Shown here: positions 42,536 to 50,748 of the stretch, in pieces | Layout of the letters: the number at the start of each line of letters is the position of its first letter | Position numbering within the stretch: the stretch's first letter is position 1 | Source: Herpetosiphon aurantiacus DSM 785 | GTDB taxonomy: Bacteria; Chloroflexota; Chloroflexia; Chloroflexales; Herpetosiphonaceae | Direction: 5' to 3' | DNA length: 64,000 nucleotides | NCBI GenBank assembly: GCA_000018565.1 | Contig: CP000875.1 | Location: forward strand, 313,199-377,198 | Program-made: the position numbers and the translations under genes | The notes under the pieces: generated by a model | Told to the model about the DNA's origin: nothing | The model's database searches: none | Seen by the model: only the letters and a program-made list of their open reading frames with translations

Positions 42536-43996
42536 ATGCAACGCTCACGCCGTCCGTTTATTACTTGGCTAAGCCTCTTAACTCTGATTTCAATGATCTT
42601 GGTTGCTTGTGGTGGAGCTGAGACCGCTCCCACTGCAACCACTGCTCCAGCTGCTACCGCTACGACTGCGGCTCAAGTTGAACCAACTGCTGCTGATGCT
42701 CCAACCGAAGTTGCCGCAACCGCTGAACCAGCAACCGCTGAGCCAGCTGGTGGCGATGTTGTTACCTTGAAGCTGTGGCACATGCCTAACGGTGCTGCTC
42801 CAGCCGATGCCATCCAAGCTGAAATCGATGCCTTCGAAAAAGCTAACCCCGGCATTAACGTTGAGCCAGAAATGCTCGACTGGGGTGCAGCTTTCCAACG
42901 CATCCAAACCTCGGTTCAAGGTGGTGAAGGCCCATGTATTACCCAATTGGGTACGACCTGGAACCCAACCTTTGCGGCAATGGGTGGCTTACGCCCATTC
43001 ACCGAAGAAGAAATCACCGCTATGGGTGGCAGCGATAGCTTCGTCGCCGCTTCATGGGCAACCTCACAATTGCAAGGTATGGAAGGTACATTCTCGATTC
43101 CATGGTTTGCTGATGTTCGCGCCTTGGCCTATCGCAAAGACTTGTTGGAAAAAGCTGGCTTGAAGCCAGAAGAAGCCTTCAAGGATTGGGCCAGCTTCAA
43201 AACGACCTTGGCTACCATCCAAGAACAAAATCCTGACGTTGCTGGGATCGCTTTCCCAGGCCGCAACGACTGGAACGTTTGGCAAAATAGCTCAATGTGG
43301 ATTTGGAACAGCGGTGGCGATTTGTTGAGCAGCGATCTCAGCGAAGCAACCTTCAACTCAGAAGCAGCTGTGGCTGGGGTTTCAGAATTTGCTAACCTCT
43401 ACAGCAGCAAATTGACCGTTACCAATACCTTGGAATTGAACTCAGCCCAAGTTGATGCCAGCTTTGGCGATGGCCGCACCTTTAGCGCAATCACTGGCCC
43501 ATGGTTGATCAGCAACGCTCGCACTGCTGCCGACGCTGGTGGCTGGGCTAACCGCACCGTGGCCGATAACTTGGCCTACGCCGAATTCCCAGCTGGCCCT
43601 GGTGGCTCATACACCTTCGTTGGTGGTAGCAACTTGGCCATCTTGAAGAGCTGCGAAAACGCCGATGCCGCTGTCAAGTTCGTGCAATTCTTGGCTGCTA
43701 ACGAATCACAATTGCGCTATAGCCAAGCCATCGGGATGTTGCCAGCAACCAAGACCGCTCAAGCCGATGCTAGCATCGCCAGCGATGCCTTGTACAGCGT
43801 CTTCATCGCCGCTGCTGCTAAGGGCAAAACCTCAGCTCCAATCGCTGAATGGGGTCAAGTCGAGAGCGTTCTCAACGAACAACTTGGTTCACTCTGGGAC
43901 GATGTAGCAACCGCTGGCGGTCCAGTTAGCGCTGAAGTCGTCAAGACCCGCTTGGATCAAGCTGCTCAAACTGTCAACGAATTGTTGGGTAACTAA
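42536..43996 (+). CDS. ABC transporter solute-binding lipoprotein (carbohydrate/cellodextrin type)
   Basis: It has a lipobox (LVAC) and an Ala/Thr/Pro-rich tether. It has the SBP family 1 fold. An AAGGAGG RBS precedes it. Confidence 0.8.
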   Translation: MQRSRRPFITWLSLLTLISMILVACGGAETAPTATTAPAATATTAAQVEPTAADAPTEVAATAEPATAEPAGGDVVTLKLWHMPNGAAPADAIQAEIDAFEKANPGINVEPEMLDWGAAFQRIQTSVQGGEGPCITQLGTTWNPTFAAMGGLRPFTEEEITAMGGSDSFVAASWATSQLQGMEGTFSIPWFADVRALAYRKDLLEKAGLKPEEAFKDWASFKTTLATIQEQNPDVAGIAFPGRNDWNVWQNSSMWIWNSGGDLLSSDLSEATFNSEAAVAGVSEFANLYSSKLTVTNTLELNSAQVDASFGDGRTFSAITGPWLISNARTAADAGGWANRTVADNLAYAEFPAGPGGSYTFVGGSNLAILKSCENADAAVKFVQFLAANESQLRYSQAIGMLPATKTAQADASIASDALYSVFIAAAAKGKTSAPIAEWGQVESVLNEQLGSLWDDVATAGGPVSAEVVKTRLDQAAQTVNELLGN

Positions 43997-44074
43997 TCGG
44001 ACGAGTGACGTGGCGCAGGGTGTTTGCTCACTGCGCCACGCCCACCACTGCATCCACGCAATGGAGCGACGTTT

Positions 44075-45052
44075 ATGGCTCTGGCACCAAAAAAAAATAA
44101 ACTCTCACTCTGGCAACGGATTCGGCAAAACAGCCTAGCATATAAATTTATCGCTCCAACCTTTGTGGCGATGATGATTGTGCACTTGATTCCGATTGTC
44201 CAAGGGTTGTATCTTTCACTCCTCGATGTTCGCCTTACAACCTTAACCCTCTATCTCAAAGCACCATTTGTTGGGCTAAAATACTACATCGAAGTCTTCA
44301 ACGCGATCTTTGGCATTGGTGAAGCTGGCGCAAGCTCGCGGGTAACAGGCCTAATTAATGCTGCCTCAAATACATTAGTCTATACCATTTGGACCAATAT
44401 TGGCACACTCGGCTTGGGCTTGATTCTGGCCATGCTGCTGAATCGTGAATTCCGCTGGCGTGGGATTGCCCGCACCCTCGTGTTGTTGCCGTGGGTTGTG
44501 CCAACCTTCGTGACTGGGACAATCTTCAACTTTATTTGGCTCGAACAAGGTGGCCTTGCCAATAAAATCTTGCTTGGCTTGAATATCGTTGATACCCCAG
44601 TAACTTGGTTGATTGGCCCGAATTCCTTGTATGCTTTGGTGATTGCCACGGTTTGGCGTGGTTTACCCTTCACCACAATTATGTTCCTCGCGGCAATTCA
44701 GGTGATTCCAACCGACCTCTATGAAGCAGCTTCGCTCGATGGAGCTAACGGCTGGCAGCGCTTTCGCCATATTACCTTGCCGTTGATTAAGCCAATTGCC
44801 GGAACCCAAGTGTTGTTTGGCTTGATTAACGGTTTCTATGGTGGCTATAATATTGCCGTGCAAATGTTCGGCGGTGGTACCGGTTTCGCAGGCGAATACG
44901 CCGACTTGCTCGTACCAGCAATTACTCGCCAAACATGGGAACGTCACTTATATGGATTTGGTTCGGCAGCCTCAGTGATTCTGATGGGCATGCTGTTGGT
45001 CTTTGTTGGCATTTGGTATCGTGCATTCCGCGATAGCTTGCGGGCTGAATAA
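44075..45052 (+). CDS. ABC sugar transporter permease (MalF/UgpA-like)
   Basis: It has an EAA-like loop and 6 TM segments. The start is the ATG at 44075, which has a GGAG RBS. Confidence 0.8.
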   Translation: MALAPKKNKLSLWQRIRQNSLAYKFIAPTFVAMMIVHLIPIVQGLYLSLLDVRLTTLTLYLKAPFVGLKYYIEVFNAIFGIGEAGASSRVTGLINAASNTLVYTIWTNIGTLGLGLILAMLLNREFRWRGIARTLVLLPWVVPTFVTGTIFNFIWLEQGGLANKILLGLNIVDTPVTWLIGPNSLYALVIATVWRGLPFTTIMFLAAIQVIPTDLYEAASLDGANGWQRFRHITLPLIKPIAGTQVLFGLINGFYGGYNIAVQMFGGGTGFAGEYADLLVPAITRQTWERHLYGFGSAASVILMGMLLVFVGIWYRAFRDSLRAE

Positions 45053-45063
45053 GGAGGCCGTTT

Positions 45064-45957
45064 ATGGGTGTTTCGCTCAGTAAAAAGGCCGAATCGGCCC
45101 GACCTGCACGCGCAACGATCAATTACAAAGCATGGTTACTTGATCGTGGTGGCGATATCCTATTGCTGGTGATCATTGCCTTGATGTTGTTGCCAATTAT
45201 CTTCTTGGTGGTTGGCTCATTCAAATCGCGTGAAGAGTTCGCAGTTGGCAGTAATTTCTTTCCAAGCGACTGGCGATTTGAAAATTATAGCGAGATGTGG
45301 ACACGGGTTAAGTTTGGTACATATTTCAGCAATAGCTTAATTATTTGTGGCATTACCACCTTGGTTGTCACGATTTTGGCATCGATGTCGGGCTATGCCT
45401 TGGCACGATTCCGCTTCCCGGGTGCTGGCGGGTTGAGTATGGCGATTTTGGGAACCCAATTAGTGCCTGGCACGCTGTTCCTGATTCCGTTGTATATGAC
45501 CTTCCTTTGGATGAAAAATAACCTTGGAATTCCTTTGATTGGCACCAATTTTGGCGCGATTGTGCTGTATGTTGGGTTCTTTTTGCCAATCTCGCTCTGG
45601 ATTCAGCGCAGTTTCTTTGCGACGATTCCGATAGATTTGGAAGAACAGGCCATGGTCGATGGGGCAACTCGCTTCCAAGCTTTTGTCTATATCGTTATGC
45701 CATTGGCAGGCCCAGGCGTGATTTCAACCGCGATCTTTGTGTTCTTGACTGCATGGGACGAATTGTTGTTCGCATGGGTCTTGAATGTTCAAACGATTCC
45801 GGTCGGGATTCGCCAATTTACGGGGGTGGCTGGCTCGCAAAATCGCTACGAGTTGCTTTCGGCAGCCTCGGTGGTGATTATTCTGCCAGTTGCTGCGATG
45901 TTCTTCCTATTGCAAAAGCGTTTTATCGCTGGCCTCACTGCTGGCGCAGTCAAATAG
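45064..45957 (+). CDS. ABC sugar transporter permease (MalG/UgpE-like)
   Basis: An AAGGAGG RBS precedes it. It has 6 TM segments. Confidence 0.8.
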   Translation: MGVSLSKKAESARPARATINYKAWLLDRGGDILLLVIIALMLLPIIFLVVGSFKSREEFAVGSNFFPSDWRFENYSEMWTRVKFGTYFSNSLIICGITTLVVTILASMSGYALARFRFPGAGGLSMAILGTQLVPGTLFLIPLYMTFLWMKNNLGIPLIGTNFGAIVLYVGFFLPISLWIQRSFFATIPIDLEEQAMVDGATRFQAFVYIVMPLAGPGVISTAIFVFLTAWDELLFAWVLNVQTIPVGIRQFTGVAGSQNRYELLSAASVVIILPVAAMFFLLQKRFIAGLTAGAVK

Positions 45958-46081
45958 ATTTATTTTCTCAACAACCAGAACAAAGGCGTGTAGACTTTGG
46001 CGTTGCTGAGGTCTGCACGCCGATTTGTATCTGTATCGATCAGTGTTTGGGCACAGCACCCAAACATAGGAGCACAGGATC

Positions 46082-48406
46082 ATGACCGAACAACGCCACC
46101 ATTCCTCAATTCCTCTCGCTGCGTGGCAACGCCCACTTGGCCTCGATTATCCGAATGCGGCGATTGCCGCCCACGATCATGGGCCGATTATTGACGATGG
46201 AGTCTTTCATGGTTTGCCAATTGGTGGCATGGGTAGCGGGGCGATTGGCCGCAACTTTCGCGGCGATTGGTCACGCTGGCATTTAGAGGTTGGCAAGCAC
46301 GTACATCGCAGCGTTTGGCCGAATCAATGGAGTGTTTTCTGGCAAACCGCCAGTCAACAAGCCGCCCAAGTTTTATGCACGACCCAACCAGATACCGATG
46401 AATTGAGTAGCTGGAACTGGAATTATCCAGTTGGCGCTGGCAATTATCATGCACTTTTCCCCCGCGCTTGGTTCGATTATCAACACCCCGATTGGCCACT
46501 GGAATTGGTTCAAGAGCAATTTTCGCCTGTTTTGGCGGGTAATCTCAAGGAAAGCAGCTTTCCCGTTGGCGTGTTTACCTGGCGCGTAACCAATCGTGGC
46601 AGCGAAACCGTGCGTTTGGGATTGATGCTGACATGGGAACATACCCGTGCGGTCGAAGCTGCTGGCTTAAGCTTGCAACGCCAACACAGCGCTTGGAACG
46701 ACGGTAACACCAGCGGCGTAACCTTGACCCAAACCAGCGATCAAGCCTTGAGCAGCCATAATGGCACTTGGGCTTTGGCGGTGCAAGCCCCCGAATCGGC
46801 CAGCGTCAGTCAATGGACATGCTGGGATGTTGCGCAAGATGCTGCCGCGCTCTGGCAAGATTTTGCCAGTGACGGCCAATTAGCCGACTATCCAACCAGC
46901 CAAAAAGTTGCTGCCGATCAACGCAGCGCAACGGCAATTGCCGTCACCCTCGAATTAGCGCCTGGTGCTAGCGCCGTGATTCCCTTCAGCCTCGCTTGGG
47001 ATTTTCCAATTGTCGAGTTTGCTGATCAAAGCCGCTGGTACAAGCGCTATACCCGTTTTTGGGGCACGAACGGCGATCAAGCTCAAGCCTTGGCGGTTGC
47101 TAGTTTGACCAATGCTGATGCTTGGCGTACAGCAATTGAAGCATGGCAAAACCCCATTCTTGCTGATGATCAACGGCCATTTTGGTATAAATCTGCTCTT
47201 TTTAACGAACTCTATTATTTGGTTGATGGTGGTACGTTGTGGGTTGATCGGGCGGTTGGCGGGCCGGAGCCTGCGGCTGATGATGTGGGCTTGTTCAGCT
47301 ACCTCGAATGCTACGACTACCCGTTCTATGGCACGCTCGATGTGTCGTTCTACAGCTCGTGGAGCATCTTGGCCTTGTGGCCAGAGCTTGAACGCGGCGA
47401 GATTTTGGCCTTCTCCAAAACGGTTAACGATGCTGATGATACCGTTGTCACAATTGTGGCAACTCAAGTCCCAGCAATTCGCAAGGCCGCTGGCGCATTG
47501 CCGCATGATCTTGGTGCGCCCAAAGAGCAACCATTAATCAAAACCAATGCCTACGACTTCCAAGATATCAATAACTGGAAAGATCTCAACCTCAAGTATA
47601 TTTTGCGAATCTATCGTGATGTGAGCTTGTGGAACGATCAGGCCATGCTGGAAGCAACTTGGGACACAATTCCAACTGCTTTAGAATATGTGCATCAATT
47701 CGATAGTGATGGCGATGGCTTGCTCGACCATAGTGGAGCCGACCAAACCTACGATACCTGGGCCATGAGCGGCGCGGCCAGCTATTCGGCAAGCTTGCTG
47801 ATTTGTGCCTTGGAAGCTGCGATTCGCCTAGCCCAACGCATGGGCGACCATGCCCAAGCCGATGCTTGGAGTGAATGGCTGGCCGCGGCTCGCCAAAGTT
47901 TTGAAACTAAGCTTTGGAATGGTACTTACTTCCGCTATCACACCGCTGATACTGATTTGCGCGAAGTGATTATGGCCGATCAATTGGTGGGCCAATGGTA
48001 TGCAGGCGCAATTGGCTTGCCAGCGGTTGCTCCACGCGAGATGATTCGCTCGGCCTTGCAAACGGTCTATCGCTTCAACGTCATGCAATATGCCAACGGC
48101 GCATTGGGTGCAGTCAACGGCATGCATCCAGATGGCACGGTTGATACCAGCTCCAACCAAGCCAGCGAAGTTTGGAGCGGCACGACCTATGCGATTGCGG
48201 CCATGATGCTGCAAGAAGGGCTTGATCTTGAAGGCTGGCAAACCGCTTGGGGAGCCTATAACGCCACCTATAATGAACTTGGATTGTGGTTTCGCACACC
48301 GGAAGCATGGGGCATCGAACGAACTTTCCGTGCCAGCATGTACATGCGACCACAATCAATCTGGGCGATTGAGCATGCCTTAGCGGTGCGTGCTAAAAAC
48401 GCCTGA
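46082..48406 (+). CDS. GH116 (GBA2-type) beta-glucosidase, cytoplasmic
   Basis: Its N-terminal motif GLPIGGMGSGAIGRNFRGDWSRWHL matches the GBA2/TxGH116 family. The C-terminal part is an (alpha/alpha)6 domain. There is no signal peptide. Confidence 0.7.
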   Translation: MTEQRHHSSIPLAAWQRPLGLDYPNAAIAAHDHGPIIDDGVFHGLPIGGMGSGAIGRNFRGDWSRWHLEVGKHVHRSVWPNQWSVFWQTASQQAAQVLCTTQPDTDELSSWNWNYPVGAGNYHALFPRAWFDYQHPDWPLELVQEQFSPVLAGNLKESSFPVGVFTWRVTNRGSETVRLGLMLTWEHTRAVEAAGLSLQRQHSAWNDGNTSGVTLTQTSDQALSSHNGTWALAVQAPESASVSQWTCWDVAQDAAALWQDFASDGQLADYPTSQKVAADQRSATAIAVTLELAPGASAVIPFSLAWDFPIVEFADQSRWYKRYTRFWGTNGDQAQALAVASLTNADAWRTAIEAWQNPILADDQRPFWYKSALFNELYYLVDGGTLWVDRAVGGPEPAADDVGLFSYLECYDYPFYGTLDVSFYSSWSILALWPELERGEILAFSKTVNDADDTVVTIVATQVPAIRKAAGALPHDLGAPKEQPLIKTNAYDFQDINNWKDLNLKYILRIYRDVSLWNDQAMLEATWDTIPTALEYVHQFDSDGDGLLDHSGADQTYDTWAMSGAASYSASLLICALEAAIRLAQRMGDHAQADAWSEWLAAARQSFETKLWNGTYFRYHTADTDLREVIMADQLVGQWYAGAIGLPAVAPREMIRSALQTVYRFNVMQYANGALGAVNGMHPDGTVDTSSNQASEVWSGTTYAIAAMMLQEGLDLEGWQTAWGAYNATYNELGLWFRTPEAWGIERTFRASMYMRPQSIWAIEHALAVRAKNA

Positions 48407-48502
48407 TCAGCGGACAAGCCTAGCTTGTCGGATCTCCTCGCGTCGCCTTGACGCAACCATGCCTCAAAACCACGCTGGATTCTGGCCCAGCGTGGTTTCG
48501 TT

Positions 48503-48961
48503 CTACCAACTTTCGACCAAATCCTTGGCTTCTTTCAAGCTCAGTTTGGTTGCTTCACGCACCATTTTGATCGCCTGAATTTTATTGCCTTGCTGGGCAA
48601 CAATTTGGGCTTCACGCAAGAGATCTTCGGGAAGTTGCAGCACTGGTGGCTCAACCACGACTGGGCTAAGCGGGCTTTGGCCACGCTCGATTGCTTCGAC
48701 ATAATCTTTGGCTTCTTTTAGGCCAAGGCTCGTTTGGAGCCGAACGTGTTTGATGGCCTCAAGCTTTTTGCCTTGGCTTAGCAACAGCTGAATTTGAGCT
48801 TGATCAAGTTTGGCTGAATCGAAACTTGGTGTTTGCGTTGGTTTGATTGGTGGTTGATTGAAGTTGATCATGCTGCTGGGGCGTTCGGAGCGTTTACTCC
48901 AACTCCACAGCATTAAGCCCATCACGACTGCGATTGAAATCCATAAAATTGCACTTGACAT
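48503..48961 (-). CDS. Membrane-anchored protein with two ribosomal L7/L12 C-terminal-domain-like repeats
   Basis: It has an N-terminal TM segment (ILWISIAVVMGLMLWSW). Two repeats are present: KLEAIKHVRLQTSLGLKEAKDYVE and KIQAIKMVREATKLSLKEAKDLVE. An AAGGA RBS precedes it. Confidence 0.5.
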   Translation of the reverse strand: MSSAILWISIAVVMGLMLWSWSKRSERPSSMINFNQPPIKPTQTPSFDSAKLDQAQIQLLLSQGKKLEAIKHVRLQTSLGLKEAKDYVEAIERGQSPLSPVVVEPPVLQLPEDLLREAQIVAQQGNKIQAIKMVREATKLSLKEAKDLVESW

Positions 48962-49050
48962 CGTGTTGATCCTTTTAATTAAGTTAATTAAGCCCTTGCT
49001 CAAAAGTGTACTGTAAGCTCTCCAGAATCGCTAGCGATCAAAGAGCGCTT

Positions 49051-49125
49051 TTGATCCACACAGAGTACGAAGAGCACAAAGATGGCTTTTTAGCCACGAA
49101 TTACACGAATTGCACGAATGATGTT
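49051..49125. repeat. Degenerate CACGAA-type short repeat array (TTTTAGCCACGAATT family)
   Basis: The sequence GATCCACACAGAGTACGAAGAGCACAAAG...TTTTAGCCACGAATTACACGAATTGCACGAATG resembles the arrays at 58924-58982. Confidence 0.6.
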
Positions 49126-49441
49126 TAAAATCCCTGTATGTTTTATGCTCTATGTTCTATGTTCTTTTCAGCAGCAAGACGTGGTGTGAGCAGCAAAAAT
49201 TTCTATTAAACAGCGAAGAATGCGAAAACTGTTTTAGCCACAGATTAGCACAGATTATTATGATTACGCTTCAATGCTTATTGGCTGATGCTTAACCCCT
49301 GACCGCTCATAGCCTCTGCGCCGCTGCGTTAAATGCTGATCCTCGATCACCGAATATATGTCTGTTCTAGGCGCTATGTTCTTTGCTCTACGGATCAGGC
49401 TTATAATAATTGTATGCTTTGATTGATTTAGGAGACAACCT

Positions 49442-49687
49442 ATGCAAATCACCATTACCTTTTGCATGTATTGAAACTACACCCCGCGTGCTGTCAGTTT
49501 GGCAGCCCAACTGTTGGAAATCCATCGGCAAGCGATTCAGCAACTGAGCCTGATTCCGGCCAAAGGTGGTTGTTTTGAAGTTGAAGTTAATGGGCAACTG
49601 CTCTATAGCAAACTGCAAACCGAACGCCACGCCGAAGCTGGCGAAGTTGAAGGATTAATCGCCGCCTATCTCGACCAACAAGCCTAA
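49442..49687 (+). CDS. SelW/Rdx-family candidate selenoprotein with in-frame TGA (Sec) in a CxxU motif
   Basis: An AGGAG RBS lies 6 nt upstream of the ATG at 49442. The N-terminus MQITITFCMYU(TGA 49472-49474)NYTPRAVSLAAQLL matches the Rdx consensus (ITYCxxCxWLLRAAWLAQELL). The C-terminal GGCFEVEVNGQLLYSKLQ matches GGxFEVxVNGxLxFSK. A stem-loop candidate (GCUG-N9-CAGC) lies 20 nt downstream of the UGA. Confidence 0.55.
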
Positions 49688-49793
49688 AACGCTGCTGCCA
49701 GCCCATGTACGGCGTGCAGTGGGCTGGCACATTCCACATAGCCAAATCCGCATGCTATAATCGCAGCCACAACATACTAATCAAGGAGTCTCC

Positions 49794-50748
49794 CGTGTTG
49801 GTTTTGATCACAGGTTCCAGTGGGCAGATTGGCACCAATTTGGCGCTACGCCTTCTCGCAGATGGCCATGAAGTGTTTGGGGTTGATCAACGGGTCAACA
49901 CGTGGACAAAAGCCTTTGAGTATGTGATTCAGGATCTTGGCGCACCCTACCGCGATTTCCAAGGCGGAATCGGCGGCGTGCCCTATCCTAAGCCTGATGT
50001 TGTGGTGCATTTGGCGGCCAATGCCAAAGTCCACGAACTAGTAACCTACCCCCATCGAGCGTTGGAAAATGTGATGACCACCTACAACGTATTGGAATAC
50101 TGTCGCCATCAACAAGTTCCAATCATTTTTAGCTCATCACGCGAAGTCTATGGTGATATTCATCGCTACTTAACCGAAGAAGCCCAAGCCGATTTCGTCT
50201 ATACCGAAAGCCCCTATTCGGCCTCAAAAATCAGCGGCGAAGCATTTATCTATTCCTATGCCCGATGTTACAACTTGCCCTATTTGGTTTTTCGTTTCTC
50301 GAATGTCTATGGGCGCTACGATAACGACATCGAACGCATGGAGCGGGTAATTCCCTTGTTCATTCGCCGCATGCGCGACGGCCAACCTGTGACCGTCTTT
50401 GGGCGTGAAAAAACCCTCGATTTCACCTATGTCGATGATTGTGTCGATGGGATTGTGCGCGGAATCGAGCGAATTGTCAGTGGCCAAGTTGCCAATCAGA
50501 CCTTTAATTTAGCCTATGGTGAAGGCAATACCTTGGTTCGTATGGCCGAATTGATCGCCGAGGCTCTGCAAATTGAAGCAACGATTAACGTGCAACCGTC
50601 AAAACTCGCTGGTGAAGTAACCTACTATGTGGCCAACATCGGGCGAGCACGCCAACTCTTGGGTTACACGCCCCAAGTTGCTTTAGCCGATGGTTTACGG
50701 CGAGCAGTCGCGTGGAACATTGCGTGGGACGAGGAACAGCGGCGATGA
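49794..50748 (+). CDS. NAD-dependent epimerase/dehydratase (SDR family, GalE-like)
   Basis: It has a Rossmann motif (ITGSSGQIG) and a YSASK catalytic motif. The start is the GTG at 49794 after an AAGGAG RBS. A TATAAT lies at 49754. Confidence 0.75.
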
